64,000 bases of DNA, from NCBI GenBank assembly GCA_963755125.1, contig CAVWIP010000014.1, forward strand, positions 128,001-192,000. Direction: 5' to 3'. A program made the translations under genes and the position numbers. Below the pieces are notes generated by a model, which did not search any database, had not been told where the DNA came from, and worked only from the letters and a program-made list of their open reading frames with translations. Shown piece after piece: positions 28,195 through 38,016 of this stretch (within the stretch, counting starts at the first letter, position 1; every line of letters begins with the position of its first letter). The stretch comes from an uncultured delta proteobacterium. GTDB taxonomy: Bacteria > Myxococcota_A > Polyangia > Fen-1088.

Positions 28195-29430
28195 TCAGAC
28201 TTGAATCAGCGAGTAGTTCTTGCTGCCCAGGCCGGCGGCCGCGGCGTTGTCGATCCAGGGCAAGCTGCTGACTAGGGGTTTCATGCCGGCGGCAGTGCGA
28301 AGCTGGCTCATCAGAACCAGGGCGTAGCTGTCGAGTGCGACTGGGTCTTGCGCCAAGAGGATTCGCCCGGGGGTGGCATTGGGGGGAGATGAGGTGTCGC
28401 CGGAGATGACCGCGATGAGTGCGTCGACGATGGTCAGGGAAATCGAGTTGCGGATGGCCGGCAGGGCGTAGAGCTTGGGCAGCGCGGCGTTGAGGCTGTC
28501 GTGGTACAAGTCCGGGATGTCGATGATGCCGTAGATGTTCTTCATGGCTGCCGTGACGGTGGACACCCCATGGGTCTTGAACACCGGGCAGTTGATGGTG
28601 ATGTTGGTCAGGTCGGGATCAGTCAATATGCGCGACAGGCGTGGTGATTGGCACTCGATGGGCGGGCTGATGGCATCGCCGTAGCCAAGCCCGGCGGGCG
28701 TGACCGTGGCCTCGGTTTGGCCCTTCGATGTATCGAAGGGCCCGGTCAATGTTCCCAGGAGCTGGGCGCCAGCCAAATCATCGACGCTGTACTTGCCGGC
28801 GTCGTTGAGCTCACTCAGGTAGCGGTCCCACACGACAATCGTCGTCGGATCCACTCCCAACTTGTCGCGCAGGCTGGCGATGATGGCATGCACGACGGCC
28901 GGCGAAGTTGGTAACAGGCCGTTGAGGCAGTTGACCTTGAGCCCGATGCGCTGGCCGGGCCGGTAGTTCGGCAGCAGAATCTGCCACGGGTTGTCCACAC
29001 CACCGTCCGATCCGGGCTGCCCGCCGTCACCCGCTGCGCTGCCGCCATCGGCGTCAGACAGGGCTGCATTGTCCGCCTGGGCGCCGCCATCTTGCGCTGA
29101 CGATCCATTGAACAGTGCGACCTGGCTGGCCAAGGCCGTCAGGCCCGCGTCGACCATGCCCGCCACCACGTCGGCATTGATGACGTTCGTCGCTCCTGAC
29201 GTCACACTGTCCTGGCGGAAGACCTCGACCACCGTGGGCGTGACCGACGGAAACGTGCCTGCGGCTGGGCCCCCGTCAGGTTCCGGGCATGAAGCCTGCG
29301 CGGCGGCGTCTGGCCAGCGTCCGCCTACGCTGGGAAAGCAACCGGCCAGCCCGGCCACCGACGCCGCAGCCGCCGCTTTCGCGGCATCGGCCAGAATCTC
29401 GCGGCGGGTTCTGCCTTCAACTCTTGCCAT
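28195..29430 (-). CDS. Tat lipoprotein, divergent DUF362 family
   Basis: TRREIL...LAGC; IGLKVNC, INCPVFKTH, AMKNIYG, IVDAL and DPVALD. Confidence 0.8.
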   Translation of the reverse strand: MARVEGRTRREILADAAKAAAAASVAGLAGCFPSVGGRWPDAAAQASCPEPDGGPAAGTFPSVTPTVVEVFRQDSVTSGATNVINADVVAGMVDAGLTALASQVALFNGSSAQDGGAQADNAALSDADGGSAAGDGGQPGSDGGVDNPWQILLPNYRPGQRIGLKVNCLNGLLPTSPAVVHAIIASLRDKLGVDPTTIVVWDRYLSELNDAGKYSVDDLAGAQLLGTLTGPFDTSKGQTEATVTPAGLGYGDAISPPIECQSPRLSRILTDPDLTNITINCPVFKTHGVSTVTAAMKNIYGIIDIPDLYHDSLNAALPKLYALPAIRNSISLTIVDALIAVISGDTSSPPNATPGRILLAQDPVALDSYALVLMSQLRTAAGMKPLVSSLPWIDNAAAAGLGSKNYSLIQV

Positions 29431-29562
29431 GCAACTTCTCTTTCAAGCCGTAACCGAGAAAGATTAGCATGGCCGACGTGAGTCTTCTGGTAGAATCACC
29501 TTCGGTCGGCCAAGGGCGGCGGTAACACCGCGGGGGCGCGGTCCCAGTCCGAGGATTAACAC

Positions 29563-30471
29563 ATGACAGCCATTTCCCGACGCAGTTTCGTTGGCGGCTC
29601 CCTCGCGGCAGTCGCGGCCCTTCGCTACGGGCGTGTTTTCGCCGCCGGTGAGCCCGACATCGTGGACGTTCAGGGAAGCGACCCGCAAAAGATGGTCGCG
29701 GCGGTTTTCGCGTCTCTGGGCGGCATCGGCAAGTTCGTCAAGAAAGGCGACTTTGTCGTCCTCAAGCCCAACGCGGCCTTCGCCAATCCGCCCGATTGGG
29801 GCAGCACAACCCACCCGCAGACCGTGCTTGCAGTGGCCAAAGCGTGCCTGGATGCCAAGGCCAAGGGGGTCATGATCCTGGAGTTCCCGCAAGCCAAGGG
29901 CGAGATGTGCCTCAAGCGTTGTGGTCTGCTCGAAGCCATGGCCACCTTGCCGGCCGTCAAGGTCAAGCTGCTGGCGAATTCGAGCGACTTCCAGAAGGTC
30001 GACGTCAAGGGCGGCGTGTCCCTCAAGACTGCGGACGTGGCCAAAAATCTATTGTCGGCCGACGTGTTCATCAACCTGCCTGCGGCCAAAGCGCACTATC
30101 AGGCCGCTGTTTCGCTCGGGCTGAAGAACCACATGGGATTGGTTTTCGACCGGCAGATCTTTCACACCGCCTTGGATTTGCACCAAGCCATCGCCGATCT
30201 CGGTCTGGTCATCAAGCCGAACCTCACCATCATCGACGGCACGCGCGCCTTGCTCACCAACGGCCCGGCGGGACCGGGTGACACGGCGACGCCCGGTCGC
30301 ATGGTGGCCGGCCGCCAGATCGCATCGGTCGATGCCTACGGGTTGACCCTGGCCAAGTTCAACAACAAGAGCATGACACCGGCCGACGTGAGGCACATCC
30401 AGCTTGCGGGCAAGGCGGGGTTGGGGGAAGTCGACATCGCGAAGCTGAAGGTGAAGAAGGTTTCCGCCTAG
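29563..30471 (+). CDS. Tat-exported DUF362-family protein
   Basis: SRRSFV; VVLKPN, TTHP, INLPAAKAH, GLKNHMG and IIDGTR. Confidence 0.87.
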   Translation: MTAISRRSFVGGSLAAVAALRYGRVFAAGEPDIVDVQGSDPQKMVAAVFASLGGIGKFVKKGDFVVLKPNAAFANPPDWGSTTHPQTVLAVAKACLDAKAKGVMILEFPQAKGEMCLKRCGLLEAMATLPAVKVKLLANSSDFQKVDVKGGVSLKTADVAKNLLSADVFINLPAAKAHYQAAVSLGLKNHMGLVFDRQIFHTALDLHQAIADLGLVIKPNLTIIDGTRALLTNGPAGPGDTATPGRMVAGRQIASVDAYGLTLAKFNNKSMTPADVRHIQLAGKAGLGEVDIAKLKVKKVSA

Positions 30472-30487
30472 GCCGGCCGTTCGCGCC

Positions 30488-33400
30488 ATGATGAGACGAG
30501 CGGCCATCGCCACAGCTCTGGTGGCGGTTGCATACGCAAATTTTGCGTGGGCCCGCATTCCGCCCCTGGCCGTGGATCCGGTCGAGGGAATGTGGATCGG
30601 CGGTGGCGAGGTCTTCATTTACCAGACGCAGGGCCGCTGGAGCGTATTCCCAGCCGGCGCCAACGTGAACAAGATGACAGTGGACGCCCAGATTGTGTGG
30701 GTGGCCACCGACGACGGCGTCATTCGCTTCGATTCACAAAGCCGGCGCTCCACCCGCATCACCATGGACGACGGCCTGCCCAGCCAGGTGGTGACCGCGG
30801 TGGCGTTCGACGACCAGTTCGTGTGGTTTGCCACCAACAAGGGTGTGGCACGCTATCGCAAGCTGGACCGGACCATCCGTGTGTACACGGAAAAGGACGG
30901 GCTGCCCTCCAAGGTGGTGAACGACGCCCTGACCGTGGGCCGCCAGGTGTGGTTTGCCACGCGCGAAGGCATTGCCTACTACAGCCCCGATGTCGACGGC
31001 CTGCGCGGCTTCGGCGAGGCCGACGGGCTGGCGGGCGCGGACGTGGCTGAACTCTATCAAGTGGCCGATGAACTGTGGTGCCGCACCGACGCCGGATTGT
31101 CGCGCTTTCGCATCGTGCAGCGTGTGTTCACCAACTTTTCGCTGGCGATGATGAAGGCGCAACAGATCCGCGTCTTCACCGTCGACGGCACCACCGTGTG
31201 GATCGGGACCGACAACGGGCTTTACACCCTCAACGACTCCGATGACTCGTTGTTGCTGTTCCCTCAGCAGGCTGGGCTCAAAGGCCGCTTCATAACCGGC
31301 GTCGAGGTGGACCCCAGCTACGTCTGGATCACGACCGACAAAGAGGTCGCCCAGTACAATCGCCTGACCCAATTCATCCGGTTCTTTACCGTGGTCGACA
31401 ACTTGACCCGAGAGGAAGGCAGCCTTGGCACAGTGCTCAACGGCTCCCTGTGGACCGTGATGTTCCCTGACGGTCCCGCGCAGGTCTACGACGAGAACCT
31501 CGACCATTTTGTGGAACGCAAGCTCGGGCTCACCGAGAGCAACGAGAGCAAGACCACCGGCCACGTTTTCGCCAGGCTCAACGCACAGACCCCCTACGAC
31601 TTCAAAGCCCACCAGTTCGACCCCAACCGCTACGACACGTCGGACGGCAATCTTTCCTTTGGCCACAGCTTCTCGGAGGATCGCAACCTGAGCGCTTCGG
31701 CACGGCTGGACTACGGCACACTGGAAACGAAAGGAATTCGCACCCTGCAGTACAACGGGGAGTACATGGGTTCGCAGAATGACGTGCTTCGCGACGTGCG
31801 CGTGCAAGACCAGCTCAAGTACCAGACCGTCGAAGAGGGCCTCGATCGGCCGCTATTGTTACAGGGCGCGTACGCGCGTGCGGCCACGCCGGGCGCGGAG
31901 CCCAAGGCCAGCGTGTCGGCGACGGGCGGGTTCCGGCGCGGGGAGCTGGTGCGCGATTTCATCACCGGGCCGCGCCAGACTACCTACCAGCTTTCGAGAA
32001 AGTACATCATTCCGGCGTCAGAACGGGTCTACGTCGATGGGGTGCAGCTCACCAGTGGAACCGACTACACCATTGTCTACACCGCCGGGCAGTTGTCATT
32101 CCTCACCCCGGAGACCATAGACGATCTCAGCGTCATCTGGGTCGAATACGAGGCCGATCTGATGCCAGTGAAGAACTTGGGCAGTCTGTCCCTGATCGAC
32201 CTGCTGCCGGCTGACAACGAAGTCGGCACCTGGGTGCAGACTGGTGGTGTCTCACTGATCACCGATCAGACGGGGCTCTACAACAAGATCGATGGCGGCG
32301 CGCCCAAGTACATTGATCGCGGCTGGGTCGCCAGTGTGTACGTCAATTACAGCCAGGGTTCCCGCGTGATTCAGGTGACCATCTCCGACATGGGCACCGA
32401 TGCGAACGCCGAGGGCATCTACAACTTCGCTCTGCCGGCCGCGCGCCTGGCGATTCCCGGCCTGACCAACGCAGTCGTGGACATGGGCCTGGCCAGCGCC
32501 TATGCCGCTTACGCCTATCTTGACCACTTCTACATCGAGATCAACATCAGTGCGAAAGACGACCCCTCGCTGACGTCGATTGAACTGTTCATGAACGAGA
32601 TCATGAACCGCAAAACCCAGGCGGGGGCAAATGCGGGTGACCCGTTCAAGCAATGGATGATGGCCGCGCGGGCGGCCGCCTCGCCGATGCACGGGATGGA
32701 GGTCGGCGCGCGGGTGGTGGACCTGCAAGACACCGGCAGCCAGCGACAGCAAGTGCTGGACCCGCTCACCGGACAACCCATGATCGATCCCTACACCGGG
32801 TTGCCGGTGCAGAAAGTCACGCCACCGCGCCGGCTGTTGACCGGCGCGGGTGATTTTCGCTATCAGCACGCCGTGGGCCAGGGCGGATTGCTGACCGGCT
32901 ACGGGGAATTCGCAGGTTCGGATCGGCAGGATGCCGGCGCTTCCGATGGCTGGGCGGGTACAGGCTTTGTGCGCCTGTCTTCCCCGACCCTGGAAGGAAC
33001 GTTTTCCGGCCGCAAGGATTCGCAAGGCTACACGGCCCTGGGTAACGACAGCACGCGCTTCGGGAAGCTGGACGACGAGCTACGCCTGAGCGCAACCGGT
33101 TACCCGGTGTCATGGTTGCCCACTACGGTGTTTTTCGATCGCCAGCGATCCTGGGTGGACGATGCCAGTGGTAACCTCACCGACGACGTGGGGGTGATCC
33201 AGCACGCCATGGCGCGCGTCCAGATGAACAAGAAGGGGTTGCCCATGACCAGCCTGCAATTGAGCAGCGCGATTCTGGAAAACTCTAACTTCAGCACCAA
33301 CCGCATACAAGCCGTGGGCCAGACCGACTATGACCTGGCGCAGATTCTTGGTTTCACCCATATAAAGCGCTTCACTGTGCGTGGGCTGTACAGTTTTTCG

Positions 33401-34669
33401 CAGGCGGAGACCGATCAGAACGGCACTTTCGCCTACGTTGATCGGGTCCAGCAATCGCGTCTGGAAGGACGGTTTTCTCCCACCAATACGGAATCGATCT
33501 ACGCCCTGTTTCGTTCGCGGCTGCTTGAGCGAGAGAAAACCCAAGGCGGGAGCTTCGATCGTAGCCTTCTTCACTGGGAGCTGTACTCGGGCGCCAAGAG
33601 CACAATCATTCCTGGCATCGTGCCCACGGTGAACTACACGGCTATCTACGACGACAACCGACTCCCCGCGCAAAGCGCGAGCACGTCAACCAGCACCGGC
33701 ACGTCGACCGGGACGGGAACCGCGAGCGGAACTCCCGTGTTGGCACCGGCGTCACTGGCGACCAGCATGAGCCCGAGTGTCACCGCGGTGACGCCGGTCG
33801 GGCCGGGATCAGTCACACTGGTGCCGCCCACGCGCACGGTGCAGGCCACCATTGGCGGCGGGCTGGGGATCTACCCGGGCCAGTGGTCGAAGCTGCTGAG
33901 CCCGGCGGCCATTCAGCCGACAGTGTCAATCGCGGACAACGAAACCGCGGTCGACCAGACCACGACGCAATACAATCGAATCTACCGTTTCGACAATCGC
34001 GCGGTGTGGGCCAGTGGGGGCAGGTTTGATGTTGAGCTGTACCAACTGCATCAGATTTCCGTGACCGCGCAAGACCACCACGAGAACGCAGTGCAGACCC
34101 AGATTCAGAATCGCTTCGTTTACCGGCCGGTATTCTCCAGTCCCATCACCTTGCGCTTGAACTATCAGGATACACGTTCACTCAACGATCCCACTCTGGG
34201 AGGGCCACCTGGTTCTTGGGCCGATCAAGTCCTCTACCAGGGCATCTTGCAGTGGCTCATGCGCTGGAATCGGGTGCTGACCACACTCTCGACCTTCACT
34301 TTAGACATCACGGACACCTCGGATTTCGTGTACCGGGATCCGACCACACTGCTGGTGACGTTGTACGACAATAGGCAATATCAGGTCGGCCCTGAGGAGG
34401 AGTTTCGCTTCTACCCGCTGAAAGAGGCCGCCACGCTCTATATTTATCAACGCGATGGCGTTTTTCGCTGGTTCGGGCATGGCGAAGGCATGACCGACGG
34501 GATCAGTTACTATGTCGCGGCTGGCAGCATCTGGCGCATGGGCGATAAGATCTACCTCGACGGCGGCGTCGAATACGACAACCTCACGTGCCTTTCCCAG
34601 CCGGTCGGGTCGGCCTGCCTCGCGGTCTCGCGTATCGTGCCGCGCCTGTATCTGACGGTGAACCTCTAG
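30488..34669 (+). CDS. Large exported protein (1393 aa): beta-propeller, SprA-like segment, DUF6599-like insert, probable beta-barrel
   Basis: Signal peptide; repeated WxAT/GTxxG and DGLPS propeller units; SERVYVDG...GTDYTIVYTAGQLSF; YNKIDGGAPKY; amphipathic strands ending YLTVNL. Confidence 0.8.
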   Translation: MMRRAAIATALVAVAYANFAWARIPPLAVDPVEGMWIGGGEVFIYQTQGRWSVFPAGANVNKMTVDAQIVWVATDDGVIRFDSQSRRSTRITMDDGLPSQVVTAVAFDDQFVWFATNKGVARYRKLDRTIRVYTEKDGLPSKVVNDALTVGRQVWFATREGIAYYSPDVDGLRGFGEADGLAGADVAELYQVADELWCRTDAGLSRFRIVQRVFTNFSLAMMKAQQIRVFTVDGTTVWIGTDNGLYTLNDSDDSLLLFPQQAGLKGRFITGVEVDPSYVWITTDKEVAQYNRLTQFIRFFTVVDNLTREEGSLGTVLNGSLWTVMFPDGPAQVYDENLDHFVERKLGLTESNESKTTGHVFARLNAQTPYDFKAHQFDPNRYDTSDGNLSFGHSFSEDRNLSASARLDYGTLETKGIRTLQYNGEYMGSQNDVLRDVRVQDQLKYQTVEEGLDRPLLLQGAYARAATPGAEPKASVSATGGFRRGELVRDFITGPRQTTYQLSRKYIIPASERVYVDGVQLTSGTDYTIVYTAGQLSFLTPETIDDLSVIWVEYEADLMPVKNLGSLSLIDLLPADNEVGTWVQTGGVSLITDQTGLYNKIDGGAPKYIDRGWVASVYVNYSQGSRVIQVTISDMGTDANAEGIYNFALPAARLAIPGLTNAVVDMGLASAYAAYAYLDHFYIEINISAKDDPSLTSIELFMNEIMNRKTQAGANAGDPFKQWMMAARAAASPMHGMEVGARVVDLQDTGSQRQQVLDPLTGQPMIDPYTGLPVQKVTPPRRLLTGAGDFRYQHAVGQGGLLTGYGEFAGSDRQDAGASDGWAGTGFVRLSSPTLEGTFSGRKDSQGYTALGNDSTRFGKLDDELRLSATGYPVSWLPTTVFFDRQRSWVDDASGNLTDDVGVIQHAMARVQMNKKGLPMTSLQLSSAILENSNFSTNRIQAVGQTDYDLAQILGFTHIKRFTVRGLYSFSQAETDQNGTFAYVDRVQQSRLEGRFSPTNTESIYALFRSRLLEREKTQGGSFDRSLLHWELYSGAKSTIIPGIVPTVNYTAIYDDNRLPAQSASTSTSTGTSTGTGTASGTPVLAPASLATSMSPSVTAVTPVGPGSVTLVPPTRTVQATIGGGLGIYPGQWSKLLSPAAIQPTVSIADNETAVDQTTTQYNRIYRFDNRAVWASGGRFDVELYQLHQISVTAQDHHENAVQTQIQNRFVYRPVFSSPITLRLNYQDTRSLNDPTLGGPPGSWADQVLYQGILQWLMRWNRVLTTLSTFTLDITDTSDFVYRDPTTLLVTLYDNRQYQVGPEEEFRFYPLKEAATLYIYQRDGVFRWFGHGEGMTDGISYYVAAGSIWRMGDKIYLDGGVEYDNLTCLSQPVGSACLAVSRIVPRLYLTVNL

Positions 34670-34828
34670 AGCACCGAACGGTTTGCCTCACGTCGTGAAA
34701 TCGCCCATTTGCGTCGCGTCCCTTCGTTGCTCCTCGGTCAAATACGTCGAGTATTCTCCCTCCTCGCGCCTCGGGCCGCTCGCAACTTCGCAATTTTACT
34801 CGGTCCGGCAAACCGTTCGGTGCTCTAG
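34666..34828. mobile_element. MITE-like element (163 bp including both CTAG)
   Basis: Perfect 22-bp IR: CTAGAGCACCGAACGGTTTGCC (34666-34687) and GGCAAACCGTTCGGTGCTCTAG (34807-34828); non-coding core. Confidence 0.8.
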
Positions 34829-35325
34829 TTCATCTTCTGATACTTGGCGGCCGGCAAGCCGCAGATGGGACACTTCTCGGGCGGCTTGCCGAATTCCAGG
34901 TGGCCGCAGACCGGACAGAGGTAGACGTCCATCGCGTCCAGATCCTTGCCCGCCTGCAGGGCGGCCAGGGCCTGCTGGTAGAGATCCGCGTGTACGCGCT
35001 CGACCTTGTTGGCGTATTCCAGCATGGTCTTGCCCTTGTGGTTCTCGCTCTTGGCCTGTTCCACCATGGGCGGGTACATCTCAGTGTATTCGTAGGTTTC
35101 GCCGGCGATGGCTGCCTTTAGATTCTCGACGGTCGCACCTACTGCGCCCATGTTCTGCAGATGGGCGATGGCATGGATGGTCTCGGCCTCGGCAGCGGCG
35201 CGGAAGAGCCTTGCGATCTGGGGATAGCCGTCTTTCTCCGCCCGGCGGGCGAAGGCGGTGTACTTTCGGTTGGCCTGGCTCTCGCCGGCAAATGCGGTCT
35301 TCAGGTTGTCGATGGTCGCGGGCAC
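34825..35325 (-). CDS. rbr: Rubrerythrin
   Basis: AFAGESQA, EAETIHA, GETYE and ERVH diiron motifs; CPVCG and CPICG rubredoxin domain; AGGAG RBS. Confidence 0.93.
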   Translation of the reverse strand: MPATIDNLKTAFAGESQANRKYTAFARRAEKDGYPQIARLFRAAAEAETIHAIAHLQNMGAVGATVENLKAAIAGETYEYTEMYPPMVEQAKSENHKGKTMLEYANKVERVHADLYQQALAALQAGKDLDAMDVYLCPVCGHLEFGKPPEKCPICGLPAAKYQKMN

Positions 35326-35412
35326 GGGGAACTCCTTTTGCTGTGAGACTGCGTGAATGCCAAAGCATGGCGGCTGCGCCCGGGGCGTGCAAGCCCCGCA
35401 GCAGTAGTTTGG

Positions 35413-36915
35413 CTAACGCCCTTCGCGCACACGACGCTGCAACTCGACCGGATCGCGGGCCGCGGCCACTGCGACCTCGCGACTGATGCGTCCCGCGCGC
35501 ACCAGGTCGAGCAGCGAGGCGTCGAGCGCGACCATCCCGTCGTCGCGGCCGGTCTGGATCTGGGTGGCCAGCTGGTGGGTCTTGCCCTCGCGGATGAGCG
35601 CCCCGACTGCGTAGTTGACCATCAGGATCTCCAGCGCGGGATAGCGCATGCCGGGGGCGACACCTTCGAGCAGCCGCTGGGTGACCACGGCGCGCAGCGA
35701 GCCGGCGACTTGCAGCCGGATCTGCGCCTGCTGGTGTTCGGGAAAGATGTCCACGATGCGGTCGATGGCCATGGGCGCGCTGCCACTGTGCAAAGTGGAC
35801 AGCACCAAGTGCCCGGTCTCGGCCGCGGTCAACGCCAGAGCCACGGTCTCGCGATCGCGCATCTCGCCCACCAGGATGATGTCGGGACATTCGCGCAAGG
35901 CCGCGCGCAGACCGGCGGCGAAGCTTTCCACGTGGGTGCCGACCTCGCGCTGGTGGATCAGGCAGCGCCGGGGCTGGTACACGAACTCGATGGGATCTTC
36001 CAGGGTGATGACGTGGAGGGCGCGGGTCCGGTTCACCAGTTCCACGATGGCGCCGAGAGTGGTCGACTTGCCCGACCCGGTGGTGCCCACGACCAGCACC
36101 ATGCCGCCGTCCAGATCGCCCAGCGCGCCGACACTGGCAGGCAGGTTCAGCTCGGCCAGCGTGGGGGCGCTGCGATTCACCGGCCGCAGCGCCAGGGCCA
36201 GGCCGTGCGCCTGCCTGAACACGTTGACCCGCATCCGCTGCGGCCCCTGCGCGTCGATCGCCGGTGCCTCCCATGCGAGATCGACGCTACCGCTTCCGTC
36301 GAGAGAGCGGCGTCGCGGCGGATCGAGGAGGGAATCGACGAATCCCAGTATTTCCTGCTGGTCAATCGTTTCACCGGTCGCCGCCAGACCAGTGGCCGTG
36401 CGGATCCACAGGGGTTGCCCAGCGGACACGATGATGTCAGAGACGGTATCGTCGACGGCGCGCGCGATCAGGCCCGCCAGCCGGGAAGACGTGGACGCAC
36501 CGCTGGAGACGGCCGTGCTTGGGGTGGGCAGGATCGCGGCATCAGGAGCGGGGGCAGGCACGCCGGCAAGGCGCGGGCTGAGAGGGACGGTCGGCGCAGG
36601 CTTTGCCAGAACCGCACCGGAGCGGAGCAGCTTGAGTGACAGCTTGTCAGCGTTCAGTCGCGCTTCCACGGCAAAGGCCCCGTGGCGCTCGGAGCGGTAC
36701 ACGGCGTCGCACGCGCCCGAGGCGCGCAGGCGTTCGAGATCGTCGGGCGCGAGCGCCTCGGCCGCGAAAGTGTCGAGGATTCCCGCATCGAGCGGGGGCA
36801 TGGTCAGGCCACGACCCTGCGAACCGATGAGGACCGGCGGCTCGCGCGCCCGAAGCACGATCCCGGTCGCCTTCTGCGCTTCGATCAACGCGAGCAGAGA
36901 GTCGATGGCTGCCAT
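35413..36915 (-). CDS. pilT: PilT/PilU-family ATPase with an extra N-terminal domain
   Basis: GTTGSGKSTT, TLEDPIEF, LVGEMRD, TGHLVLSTLH and ALIREGK. Confidence 0.85.
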   Translation of the reverse strand: MAAIDSLLALIEAQKATGIVLRAREPPVLIGSQGRGLTMPPLDAGILDTFAAEALAPDDLERLRASGACDAVYRSERHGAFAVEARLNADKLSLKLLRSGAVLAKPAPTVPLSPRLAGVPAPAPDAAILPTPSTAVSSGASTSSRLAGLIARAVDDTVSDIIVSAGQPLWIRTATGLAATGETIDQQEILGFVDSLLDPPRRRSLDGSGSVDLAWEAPAIDAQGPQRMRVNVFRQAHGLALALRPVNRSAPTLAELNLPASVGALGDLDGGMVLVVGTTGSGKSTTLGAIVELVNRTRALHVITLEDPIEFVYQPRRCLIHQREVGTHVESFAAGLRAALRECPDIILVGEMRDRETVALALTAAETGHLVLSTLHSGSAPMAIDRIVDIFPEHQQAQIRLQVAGSLRAVVTQRLLEGVAPGMRYPALEILMVNYAVGALIREGKTHQLATQIQTGRDDGMVALDASLLDLVRAGRISREVAVAAARDPVELQRRVREGR

Positions 36916-36988
36916 GCCCAACGGGCCTAGCAAGACTTGCGCCGATACGCAACGTGCCGCCGCAATTCCGGTCTGGCAGCACTAGGCG

Positions 36989-37690
36989 CTACGCACCGCC
37001 GGCCTCGTCTGGCCGACCGATGAGCCGATACACCGCCGCACCCAGCAAAGCGCCGGCGATGGGCGCCAGCCAGAAGAGCCACAGTTGCGCGAGCGCCCAG
37101 CCTCCGACGAACACCGCCACACCCGTGCTGCGCGCGGGGTTCACCGAGGTGTTGGTCACGGGAATGCTGATGAGATGGATCAGGGTGAGACCCAGGCCGA
37201 TGGCGATGGGCGCCAGACCCTGCGGCGCGCGCTTGTCGGTCGCGCCCAGGATGATGAGCAAGAACATCATGGTCATCACGACCTCACACACCAGAGCGGC
37301 CGCGAGCGTGTAGCCCCCGGGCGAATGGATGCCGTAGCCGTTGCAGGCGAACCCCGCAGACAGGTTGAAGTTGGCCTTGCCGCTGGCTATCAGATAGAGG
37401 ACGCCGCCCGCGACCAGCCCGCCCAGCACCTGCGCGACGATGTAGGGCAGAAGCTGGCCGGCGGGAAAGCGACCACCAGCCCACAGTCCGACCGAGACCG
37501 CCGGATTGAGATGGCATCCGGAGATGTGCCCGATGGCATAGGCCATGGTCAGCACGGTCAGACCAAAGGCCAGCGCGACCCCGAGGAACCCGATGCCCAT
37601 CCGGGGAAACCCGGCGGCCAACACGGCGCTGCCGCACCCGCCAAGGACCAGCCAGAAGGTTCCAAAGAACTCCGCTCCGTACTTTTTCAT
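36989..37690 (-). CDS. aqpZ: Aquaporin Z
   Basis: [25 protein letters not shown] and TSVNPARS. Confidence 0.95.
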   Translation of the reverse strand: MKKYGAEFFGTFWLVLGGCGSAVLAAGFPRMGIGFLGVALAFGLTVLTMAYAIGHISGCHLNPAVSVGLWAGGRFPAGQLLPYIVAQVLGGLVAGGVLYLIASGKANFNLSAGFACNGYGIHSPGGYTLAAALVCEVVMTMMFLLIILGATDKRAPQGLAPIAIGLGLTLIHLISIPVTNTSVNPARSTGVAVFVGGWALAQLWLFWLAPIAGALLGAAVYRLIGRPDEAGGA

Positions 37691-38016
37691 GCTTTTCCCC
37701 TCTCCTGATGGTGAAGCCGCGATTGGGGGCTGAGAATATTCCCAGGCCGTGCGTTGCGCAACTCCGGTCGGTCCCGCCCGCGCCGTACCGGGGGAACATC
37801 GAGGATGTCGTCGTGTCTCCGTGCGAGCGGGCGGCTGATCAGGGGCTGGAACTGGGAGCGGAGACGAATCTGCTGGAGTGGGACGGCAACGTGGTCAACT
37901 ACGACTGGGCCGTGGGGGCGATGATCGGGATGGGGTGAGGGCGGGATACGGTCGGTAACGGCAACGATCATGTCCGCGACCACAAACCCAACCTGGGCGG
38001 CATCAACACGCGCGTT

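Noticed and set aside
30488..34669. Calling the large protein SprA of a type IX secretion system
   Set aside because: Only one short motif resembles SprA, the protein is much shorter, and no other T9SS genes are in the window.
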